A DNA stretch of 64,000 nucleotides, taken from positions 52,295 through 116,294 of the forward strand of contig JAJYLT010000004.1 of NCBI GenBank assembly GCA_021787565.1, in the 5' to 3' direction. Position numbers and translations under genes: made by a program. Positions 8,929-16,972 of the stretch are shown here, one piece after another (the first letter of the stretch is position 1; every line of letters starts with the position of its first letter). The notes under the pieces were generated by a model. That model was not told where the DNA came from. It saw nothing but the letters and a program-made list of their open reading frames with translations, and searched no databases. Source of the DNA: Acidobacteriota bacterium (lineage in GTDB: Bacteria > Acidobacteriota > UBA4820 > DSQY01).

Positions 8929-8955
8929 GGGGCGCTAACAGTAAAGACTTGATTC
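8929..8955. repeat. half copy (L-arm GGGGCGCTAACAGTAAAGACTTGATT) of the island-specific palindromic element
   Basis: The 15-nt core CGCTAACAGTAAAGA is identical to the copies at 7151 and 7941. The partner arm is missing. An unrelated perfect 7-bp hairpin (GTTCTGC-ctagaa-GCAGAAC) lies just upstream. Confidence 0.7.
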
Positions 8956-9051
8956 CTCTTCATCCTCGGGCGCTCGCCGACCTTTTCCTTGCCGCCCAGC
9001 AAGATCCTACGCCTCCTGTGGCCTTTCAAGGTGCGACCTTTCTTCCACCAA

Positions 9052-12000
9052 TTACTCGAACCCACGGATGTTCTCCTCTTCTTCCCGCTTCCTGTCGACC
9101 TCCGCCATCCGTCTCAACTTGCGGGCGGAATTCATTGCCCAGCGCTTCAATTTCGGGTGCCTGGTTCGAATAGCGACCTCATCTAGAGTTCTGGCCAACT
9201 CCCCCCAATGGGCTGATGCGGGCCCGCTCCACCCTCCCGACAAGAAAACCGAGAAGTACTCCTCTCCGACATCCTTCCTGCCACCGTAAGCCGCAAGCAT
9301 ACGACCGGTGAGCGTCTCATCATTCGATAAGTCTTTGTTGGCGAAGTGTGCCACGATCGCACTTCGCTCTGCCGGTTGCTCTCGAACCCATTCCAGCACC
9401 ATCTCGGGAGGAATCTGGTCCATGATGCCGGCCGGGAATCCGACGCTAAAGGAATAGACCCCCGCAGACCGTGACAAGTGCGGCAGTAACGCTTGCCATA
9501 CGTCGCCAGGGTTCTGCTTAACACAAGCTTGTAGCACCACGGCCGCCTCACTATGCTCGGCGAACCAGATCCCAGCGGAATGGCTGGCCTGCTCTCGGAA
9601 GATCGCCGCGGCAATCTCCCCTGGGTGGTCGCAGACGTACCTTAGCGCCAGCTCCTTCCAGAAGTGATTGGTCATCGAACTGCTGCGTATGAGGTCCGAG
9701 TCAACTATCAGCTCAACCGCCAGTGCGCGCCATCTTTCTGCTTCCGTCTCTGACTGCTTGAGCCGCTGGTCAAGGATGGCGACGGCCGTCGCGCGATGGC
9801 CGCCTTCTGTCATGGCTCTAAGAACATTCTCTAGAAGGTCCTGTGACAGGTTTCCCCCCCAGACACCGTAGCCAAGCTGTCCCACGATCTCCGGCGGGAT
9901 TTCTTCTTGGCGAAGGAGGCTCGCAAGCTGAACCGACACGCCAGCGGTAGCGCCGCAGCGCCAAGCTACTTCGAAAAGGAGACCTGTCGGACGAGGATCA
10001 CGGTGAAGGACGGCCTCAAACCAATGGTCATACCAAGCATCCCCGCGACCCCGCCGCAACGCGCCAACATAGCCACACAGGATTCGAAAGTCGCGGCCGG
10101 AACCCGCGAACTCAAGTGCCCGTGCTGCAAATGTGCCGTCAGGGTCCTCGGCGGCAAGCGCCTCGCCGAGCCGCCAGGCGTCTGTCGCATCTCCCGAGGT
10201 CAACCAGGGCCATTCTTCAGCTAGCACACCATCAGATTCGAGGAGTTCCTTCGCAAGTTGCCGGAGATCGACTTGTTCCTCCCGGTCCCAGAATGTTTGT
10301 CCCACGAGTTCTCGAATGCGTCCTGTCAGCGATGCATCCTTGAATCGGGCGTGCATGGAATCCAGGCAAGCGAGTTCGCTTTCCGGCAGGCCCTTTGAGT
10401 ACTTGCGCGCGCGATATACGGCATCCGCGATCATTCTGCGAAGCGGCTCCCGCGACTGGGGATATCTGACCCGGACGGCGTCGAAGTACCGGCCAACAAA
10501 TGGTCGAGCATCCGGCTGTCTTAACAAGAACTTGAGTTCTCTGGCTGCCTCCAAGAAGTCTCTTTCTAGTTCGGCATCACCTTCCGCTGCGAGGGCAGTC
10601 ACACGCTTGATGGCAGATTCGATGCATCCAACGTGCTCTGCCCTGGTACTGGGCTTCCACTCCTCTTCAGGAAGCTCGTCGGATGCCGGTTCTGTAACCA
10701 TACGGCTCACGTGAGGCGCGCCAGCACGCGTTAGCGCTTTAATCACCAGCCTGTCAAGAGTAGATCGGTTCTCGTTGGACAAGTCATCAAGGACCTGCAG
10801 GCGCTCCAGGTAGGGCACAGCCGTGCCGCCCAAGAAGATCTGAAATAGGCCGACGAACTCGGCGGTGGCATTGTTCGCCCATGTTTCGTTTTCGGCTTCC
10901 GCCAAGAGGGCAAGTGCTTTCGCAGCGTCCGGAAATACTTCGGATCTCCAGGCGAGTCGAACGAGCGTCGACACCGCTATTCTGCGAGCAGCACCGTCAA
11001 CGCGCTTCCTGTCCGCAATGTCGCAGTCAGTCAATGCGCCAAGGATATTGCGTGCAGCTTGGTACGGATCGGCAGAGGAAAGGGCTGACCATCGCCGGAC
11101 CGCACGCGCATCGACGAAGTCAGCCAGATGAAAAAAACGATCTAAGGCCTGCCGAGCGAATTCTTTGGTGGTTGGGTTGCTTGCGATGGACCTAATACGC
11201 TCATAGTAGGCGTCTCGCGCACCCTCTGTCGGTAGAGCATCGGGCAAACCAGAAAGATGATTTCCGTAGGTCCTCCAAGCCTCAATGGCCAAGTAATTCC
11301 CTAAAGGAGTTGGCGAGATGTATCGGTAGCGGCCACCACGAGGCACGATCCCAAGTCGGCGGTCAAAGGCCTCTACTTCTGCCTGTGCAATATTCCAATC
11401 GAGATGAAGGTGACCTGATACCGCTTGGCCCTCGGTCTGCACTTCCTCGGTCCAGCCAACACTGGCAAGGACAGCAACAACATGAAGGGCACGCCTGTCG
11501 CCTGGACCGAGCATGCGGTCTAGGAAATCACGGATTTCCTCTCGATCTAGAAGCCCTCGAATGTTCAAGGCGGGGTCCTTGGCGACCGCATCGGCTGCCA
11601 GCAGCGCCAGTCGTATGTAGCCATCGGCAAACCGAACGACAAATTGCACGTGCTCTGGGGGCATCGTGGTGTGTAATGCTGAGACGACCTTTCCTGCCGT
11701 CTCTTGGTCCAAGGGATTAACCTTGAAGGACTGAATGCGAGTTGGCTCAGGTGATGCGCAGTGGCCAATGGTGATGAGACGGATCCGCCCATTTGTACGG
11801 CCAATCGAATCACGCAATGGCAAAAGTTGGTCCGGTTGTACCTCATCAGCAACAACTACCAGGCGAACATCGGGCTCGGCGGCGGCAGAATCAATTAGTG
11901 CGGGCAGGCGGAAGTCGGCCGCCTGCCGGAAATAGACTACAAATGCGGACCACGGCGCATCACGGCATAGCTCCAGCGCAAATCTCGTTTTGCCCACACC

Positions 12001-12687
12001 GGGTTGGCCTTGGATGTGCAGGTGTTGGACCGTCCCGGAATCGAACTCCATGGCTGCTCTCAGTTTCTCCAACTCAGACATCGTGTTGTCCAGTGCCTGC
12101 CAGGGCACCTGATGAACCTCGGCCCTCAACCAATCACCGAGCAACCACAGGCCCCCGGGTCGTCCAGCCCACCGGGCCGCAACGGCCGGATTCTGATTGC
12201 ACCAGGTGGTGAGGCGCTCACTCCCGATCACTTCAATACTTCCGGTGGTAATATCTGCGGCCAGGGCCTCGTCCCTCAGTACATCCTTGCGGTCCGCTTC
12301 ACCTTGTACGCCGTTGGTCGACCCACTTGCGACAACAACGAAACGTCCCTCGTCTTCCAGCGTCTTCCTCGGTATTGGCTTGATTACCTCGCCCTTGAGT
12401 TTTGAAGGCTGACCCGCAACTCCGGCCTTGAACTGCCAACAGGTGGCGGTCCTGCCGAGCCATGAATCGTCTAGTTCGGGCTCAGCAGTCCATCCATCAC
12501 ATCCGCCATCCTTTGCCTTTCCTTCGGTGTTGATCGTCAGTCTAGATAACGGAGATCGACAACGGTGGGCTTGGGCTCGCAACAGGTCATGCATTAGCTC
12601 AGTAAGGTCCGAATCACTCAAGGCTGCAATCCTCGCGGGCGATACCTGCAGGGCATCGCGGTAGACTTCTGGATGAGGCCTACTCAT
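9052..12687 (-). CDS. Mrr-like (PD-(D/E)xK) nuclease domain + STAND-type P-loop NTPase + long alpha-helical repeat region (Avs-like single-gene defence candidate)
   Basis: 1211-aa ORF with RBS GGGGAGG. The N-terminus (SDSDLTELMHDLLRAQA...KDGGCDGW...CWQFK) fits the D...(E/Q)xK restriction-endonuclease pattern. Walker A is GQPGVGKT and Walker B is LVVVADEV. About 750 C-terminal residues are Leu/Ala/Arg-rich and helical. Confidence 0.7.
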   Translation of the reverse strand: MSRPHPEVYRDALQVSPARIAALSDSDLTELMHDLLRAQAHRCRSPLSRLTINTEGKAKDGGCDGWTAEPELDDSWLGRTATCWQFKAGVAGQPSKLKGEVIKPIPRKTLEDEGRFVVVASGSTNGVQGEADRKDVLRDEALAADITTGSIEVIGSERLTTWCNQNPAVAARWAGRPGGLWLLGDWLRAEVHQVPWQALDNTMSELEKLRAAMEFDSGTVQHLHIQGQPGVGKTRFALELCRDAPWSAFVVYFRQAADFRLPALIDSAAAEPDVRLVVVADEVQPDQLLPLRDSIGRTNGRIRLITIGHCASPEPTRIQSFKVNPLDQETAGKVVSALHTTMPPEHVQFVVRFADGYIRLALLAADAVAKDPALNIRGLLDREEIRDFLDRMLGPGDRRALHVVAVLASVGWTEEVQTEGQAVSGHLHLDWNIAQAEVEAFDRRLGIVPRGGRYRYISPTPLGNYLAIEAWRTYGNHLSGLPDALPTEGARDAYYERIRSIASNPTTKEFARQALDRFFHLADFVDARAVRRWSALSSADPYQAARNILGALTDCDIADRKRVDGAARRIAVSTLVRLAWRSEVFPDAAKALALLAEAENETWANNATAEFVGLFQIFLGGTAVPYLERLQVLDDLSNENRSTLDRLVIKALTRAGAPHVSRMVTEPASDELPEEEWKPSTRAEHVGCIESAIKRVTALAAEGDAELERDFLEAARELKFLLRQPDARPFVGRYFDAVRVRYPQSREPLRRMIADAVYRARKYSKGLPESELACLDSMHARFKDASLTGRIRELVGQTFWDREEQVDLRQLAKELLESDGVLAEEWPWLTSGDATDAWRLGEALAAEDPDGTFAARALEFAGSGRDFRILCGYVGALRRGRGDAWYDHWFEAVLHRDPRPTGLLFEVAWRCGATAGVSVQLASLLRQEEIPPEIVGQLGYGVWGGNLSQDLLENVLRAMTEGGHRATAVAILDQRLKQSETEAERWRALAVELIVDSDLIRSSSMTNHFWKELALRYVCDHPGEIAAAIFREQASHSAGIWFAEHSEAAVVLQACVKQNPGDVWQALLPHLSRSAGVYSFSVGFPAGIMDQIPPEMVLEWVREQPAERSAIVAHFANKDLSNDETLTGRMLAAYGGRKDVGEEYFSVFLSGGWSGPASAHWGELARTLDEVAIRTRHPKLKRWAMNSARKLRRMAEVDRKREEEENIRGFE

Positions 12688-12913
12688 TTCTTGCTGCCTC
12701 CCCTAACCGATTCATATCGTCACGAACCGTATTGCCAGACGAATTGGCGGTACCGCCTTCGAAATGACGGGGTCACGAGATAGCCGAGTAGGGCGGCCAT
12801 CGTCTCTGTGATGGCCACCTTTCTCAGAAATCATAGCGGCCGTTCCCTTTCCTTCGGCCCTCCACTTGCATGGTGGCGGTGGGCAAAGTCGAATCGCCGC
12901 TCTTACCGACTGT

Positions 12914-12972
12914 ACTCTCTTCACCTCTTGACCTCTTGACCTCTTCACCTCTTTACTCTTCACCCTTTACCA
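12914..12972. repeat. octanucleotide tandem repeat (CCTCTTSA)n
   Basis: CTCTTCACCTCTTGACCTCTTGACCTCTTCACCTCTTTACTCTTCACCC with period 8, at the right border of the low-GC island. Confidence 0.8.
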
Positions 12973-13057
12973 TTCCTTCTCCGTGCTCTCGGCGCTCTCC
13001 GTGGTGAATCCCCCGCCCCGGGGTCGGACCGGGGGCGGGGGTGGTGTCGGGTTGGGT

Positions 13058-13615
13058 TCAGCTCTGTGGCGCCTGTGTGGCGGGGGGCTGGTCTCCTCCC
13101 GGGCTGGCCGGGCCGCCGTTGCCGCCGGCGGGGGGGATGAGGCCCCTGAAGCGCTGGGCGAGGGCGGGGTTGCTGCGCCGGTACTGGAGGACGCCGGCGG
13201 TGGCGATGGCCTCGATGGCGGCTTCGACGCGCCGCTGGATGTCGTTCTTCGCCGCGCCGTTGGAGCGGCGCCGGACGGCCTCGCGGATGTCCGCGGCCCA
13301 CTGCGCGCCGGCGGCCGCGATGTCCTCCTGGGACCCGGTCAGGCCCTTCACCTGCCCGGTCTTGATGGGCCGGTCCGTCTCCATGGCTTCCAGTTGGGTC
13401 AGGTCGGCGCCGAAGCCGTCCATCAGCCCCGCGGGCAGGCGCGGCTCCAGCTCCTTCAGATACTGCTGTCCCAGCATCTTCGCCTCTTTGCCGTAGGCGA
13501 CGACCCGATCGATTTCCCATTTGGGCTTGTTGTCTTTCCTCACGGTCATTCCCTCATTCGTTTCAGGTTTCCCTTTCCCTCGTTGCGGCTCGTGTTGTCC
13601 TTTCTTGCTTCCCAT
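13058..13615 (-). CDS. hypothetical protein
   Basis: 185-aa ORF with protein-like composition (KPKWEIDRVVAYGKEAKMLGQQYLKELEPRL...). An alternative ATG at 13549 is preceded by GAGGGA. A GC hairpin (CCCCCGCCCCGG...CCGGGGGCGGGGG) follows the stop. No family recognised. Confidence 0.5.
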   Translation of the reverse strand: MGSKKGQHEPQRGKGKPETNEGMTVRKDNKPKWEIDRVVAYGKEAKMLGQQYLKELEPRLPAGLMDGFGADLTQLEAMETDRPIKTGQVKGLTGSQEDIAAAGAQWAADIREAVRRRSNGAAKNDIQRRVEAAIEAIATAGVLQYRRSNPALAQRFRGLIPPAGGNGGPASPGGDQPPATQAPQS

Positions 13616-14526
13616 CCCACACCCTGGGCCTCCCCCGGCGTCTTCTCCCCCCCCCTTTCCAAGACCTCTCTAGGCCGGTCGCCCTCCCTAACTGATGAAA
13701 ACACACTGTTTACGAGACCCGCGCGGGGCCGTCCGACGCCCGAACGGCTCCTCCCGGGAGCTGAACGCCGTCTCGCGCGAGCGGCGGGCGGGGCCCCGCG
13801 CGGGGCGAGCCCTCCCTCCGAAGGAAAAAGGCGCCCGCCGCCCCCGGTCACGGGGCAACGGGGTCTCGCCGGCTGGGGCGGCGAGGGGACGGAGGCGACG
13901 GGCGTTGAGGGGGCCTCGGCGGGGCGCGATAGGGCGCCGCCCGGGGGTGGCGGACACGGAGCGCACCCGCCAAGGCCGATCGTAGAGAGGGAAACCGAGC
14001 CAGGACGGCCTGACCGCCGGAGCGGCCCGGCTGGGCGGGGGGTGCCTGCCGGTTCTCGGCGGTCATCCCCCCGGGTTGCAAGAAAGCCTCCCTCGGGGGA
14101 AAAAGAGCCCCGCCGCCCCGGGGACATGGGACGGCGCGCGTGCGGCCTGGACGACGCGACGCCCCGGGGGCGGCGGGGGGCACGGTTCTCCGGCGGCGCT
14201 CCGCCCCCGCCCGGCAGGCCAGGCCGGGGGGCGCAAGCACGGAGACGACGAAGAACCCACCCGAAGGAGGGTTCACGGACTATGTGTGGAGGGCCAGGCG
14301 CGGGGCGGGGGCAGGGAGCGGATGCCGCGAGAGGAGCCCCCGGGGCCGCCCGGCGCCCCGCCGCGAGACCCGCGCGCGCGTGCGGAAATGGAGCTGTGAC
14401 GGGCTTCCCAAGTGCCATGTCCCCCCTCCCTCGCGATGACTGACCTTGGAGCTTAGCTGGTATGGTGGAAGCATAGTCCCGCCCGGGCCGCCTGTCAAGA
14501 CGAGGCGCGCTGACGAGGCGCGCTGT

Positions 14527-15463
14527 CGTCATCCTGACGGGGCCCCTCGAAGGGCCCATGGCCCCGCCGTTGCGGCGTCATCCTGAGGCATCCTTCGAAG
14601 GGCCGCCCTGGAAGGATCTCAAGGGTGGGAGATGCCCGGACCTCGCCTGAGATTCTTCGGGGGATGGCCGTTGGGGGCAGCCCTCAGAATGACGACCATG
14701 GGGGCGGGAGGGGGAACGTGATGGGTGCGCGTCATCATGAGGAACCCTTCGAAGGGCCGCCCTGGAAGGATCTCAAGAGTGGGAGATGCCTGGACCTCGC
14801 CTGAGATTCTTCGGGGGGAGACCGTTGGGGGCAGCCCTCAGAATGACGACCATGGGGGCGGGAGGGGGAACGTGATGGGTGCGCGTCATCCTGAGGCACC
14901 CTTCGAAGGGCCGCCCTGGAAGGATCTCAAGAGTGGGAGATGCCTGGTCCTCGCCTGAGATTCTTCGGGGGGAGACCGTTGGGACAGCCCTCAGAATGAC
15001 GGGCACGGGGGCGGGAGGGGGCTGGATTCCCGCCCCACCGGGGACCGCGTCATCCTCGGAAACCTTTCGAAGGGCCGCCCTGGAAGGATCTCATGGGTGG
15101 GAGATGCCCGGACCTCGCCTGAGATTCTTCGGGGGGAGCCCGCCGCGGGCGGCCCTCAGAATGACGGCAATGGGGGTGGGAGGGGGCTGGAATCCCGCCG
15201 TCCAGAGGCCGGCGCCGGATACAGGCCGGCGGGATTCCGTGTCAGAAGCCCTCTGTGGGCTTGCCACGGAATGACAGGGCATGGAGGAAGTGGAGGACCA
15301 GTCTCGAAGCGGCGGGCGAGGGCGCCCGCCCCACCGGGGAAAATGTCATCCTGAGGAAGACCTTCGAAGGGCCGCCCTGGAAGGATCTCAAGGGTGGAAG
15401 GTGTCCGGGCCTCGCCTGAGATTCTTCGGGGGGAGACCGTTGGGGGCAGCCCTCAGAATGACG
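14527..15463. repeat. tandem array (about 6 units) of ~154-bp nested-palindrome repeats
   Basis: Units start with GTCATCCTGAGG and end with CCCTCAGAATGACG. An inner inverted pair is GAAGGATCTCAAG / CTGAGATTCTTC. Successive GTCATC starts are seen at about 14577, 14731, 14885, 15048 and 15343. Reading through gives the PEILR...QND pseudo-peptides known from similar repeats in other phyla. Confidence 0.85.
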
Positions 15464-15795
15464 GCGACGACGGCGGGATGCGGAATGTGAGGCGTGCGAT
15501 AGGGGCGGAGGACGAAAGACCACTGGTATCCGTCATCTTTCGTTTCATCATCCCATGAACCCCGCCCTCAGCGGCGATGGTGCGCTGAGGGCGTTGTTTC
15601 GGTAACATTGACACTGGGGCGCCGGGGAGCCAGTTCTTCGGATCGGCCTCGCAAACTTTTCGCGCCCATTACCGTATGATCAGTCTTCCTGGGTCCGGCA
15701 GGTATGATCTGGCGGGCATCCTTTTCTGGGGCACCAGACGGGCTCAAGTGGAATCGCCGGCCGCTGAATGCCGGCGCCGAGAACGGGAGGCCACT

Positions 15796-16365
15796 GTGAC
15801 TTCTGAATCAATTGTGTGGGTCGTCGTTGGGCTCTTTCCTGTTTCGGAGATTGCACTCGGCATCTTCAAGCGGGCCGGCTCCCGCTCCGCTTCCAGTGAA
15901 GACCGCGGCTCGTTGCGGATCCTTTGGCTCGCCATCATGCTCGGTATCCTCTTCGCCATGGCGTCCCTGCGGGTCTCCTCGGCCAGCCTTCGGCTATCCA
16001 GCGCCGTGGTTTACGCCCTAGCCCTCGTCTTCCTCCTTTCGGGACTCACCATTCGCTGGATCGCGATCGTGACTCTCGGTCGCTTCTTCACCGTCGATGT
16101 CGCCATCCAAAAGGACCACGTGGTGGTTCAGCACGGCCTGTACCGCCTTGTGAGGCACCCGTCCTACTCCGGGCTTCTGCTGGCTTTCTTCGGCCTAGGC
16201 TTGTTCTTCGCCAATTGGCTCAGCCTCCTCGGCCTGCTGGCGCCGATCACCCTGGCGGTCATCAACCGAATCGCGAAAGAGGAACGGGCGCTTCTTGCGG
16301 CCCTCGGTGCACCCTACGCGGCCTATTGTGCCCGTACAAAACGCCTTCTCCCCGGCTTGTTCTAG
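15796..16365 (+). CDS. isoprenylcysteine carboxyl methyltransferase (ICMT) family / phospholipid methyltransferase-like membrane protein
   Basis: A GTG at 15796 is preceded by GGGAGG. The protein has multiple TM helices and the C-terminal motif HGLYRLVRHPSYSGLLL...EERALL typical of ICMT/PEMT-fold enzymes. The track ORF begins at 15676, but its first 40 codons look non-coding. Confidence 0.7.
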   Translation: MTSESIVWVVVGLFPVSEIALGIFKRAGSRSASSEDRGSLRILWLAIMLGILFAMASLRVSSASLRLSSAVVYALALVFLLSGLTIRWIAIVTLGRFFTVDVAIQKDHVVVQHGLYRLVRHPSYSGLLLAFFGLGLFFANWLSLLGLLAPITLAVINRIAKEERALLAALGAPYAAYCARTKRLLPGLF

Positions 16366-16396
16366 CCCACCAGCCGAGGCTTGCCATCGGCCGGCG

Positions 16397-16893
16397 GGTG
16401 GAGGACCAGCCTCGAAGCGGCGGGCGGGGGCGCCCGCCCCACCGGGGGCCGCGTCATCCTGACGGCGCCCCTCGAAGGGCCCATGGCCCCGCCGTTGCGG
16501 CGTCATCCTGAGGAACCCTTCGAAGGGCTGCCCTGGAAGGATCTCAAGAGTGGGAGATGCCTGGTCCTCGCCTGAGATTCTTCGAGGGAAACCCGCTGCG
16601 AGCGGCCCTCAGAATGACGGGCACGGGGGCGGGAGGGCAGAAGAAGAAGGGCACAGCACGAAGTCACAGAGCAAGGGCGAATGGATAATGCAAAGGATGA
16701 CACTGACGGCCGACTGCGGGTGGAGGACCAGCCTCGAAGCGGCGGGCGGGGGCGCCCGCCCCACCGGGGAAAATGTCATCCTGAGGAAGACCCTCGAAGG
16801 GCTGCCCTGGAAGGATCTCAAGGGTGGGGGACGCCCGGACGGCGCCTGAGGTCCCTCGGAAGGCGCCCGTTGCGGGCAGTCCTCGGAATGACG
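16397..16893. repeat. second array of the ~154-bp nested-palindrome repeat plus GGAGGACCAGCCTCGAAGCGGCGGGCGGGGGCGCCCGCCCCACCGGGG sub-repeat
   Basis: It uses the same GTCATCCTGAGG...CTCAGAATGACG units as 14527-15463. The sub-repeat recurs at about 15290, 16395 and 16718. Confidence 0.8.
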
Positions 16894-16932
16894 GGATGGA
16901 AGGGCCCCTCGTTTCTTCGAAGGCCTCCCTAC

Positions 16933-16966
16933 GCCCTAGTCCCCTAGTCCCCTAGTCCCCTAGTCA
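16933..16966. repeat. octanucleotide tandem repeat (CCCCTAGT)n
   Basis: CCCTAGTCCCCTAGTCCCCTAGTCCCCTAGTCAC, directly downstream of the stop codon of 16973..18364. Confidence 0.85.
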
Positions 16967-16972
16967 CTTTCC

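Noticed and set aside
4519-8955. The idea that the island palindromes are integron attC sites and the genes are integron cassettes
   Set aside because: No intI-type integrase or attI is present in the window. The AAC/GTT core triplets within the palindrome occur in the order GTT...AAC on both strands, opposite to attC (RYYYAAC ... GTTRRRY). The outer ends are GGTCAG/CTGACC rather than core sites. The idea remains testable through the finding on these repeats.
12712-12963. 83-aa ORF between the STAND gene and the octamer repeat
   Set aside because: It reads through the (CCTCTTSA)n microsatellite, which yields the KSKEVKRSRGQEVKR repeats. There is no RBS and the composition is unconvincing.
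12983-14559. Long ORFs 12983..14443 (+, 486 aa) and 13546..14559 (-, 337 aa), plus several nested ones
   Set aside because: The translations are Arg/Pro/Gly/Ala low-complexity strings with no motifs. The ORFs overlap each other on both strands and overlap the more protein-like 13058..13615 ORF. This is typical open-frame noise in very GC-rich, stop-poor DNA.
14527-16893. CRISPR array
   Set aside because: The repeat units are about 154 bp, abut each other without unique spacers, and are themselves nested palindromes. No cas genes lie nearby.
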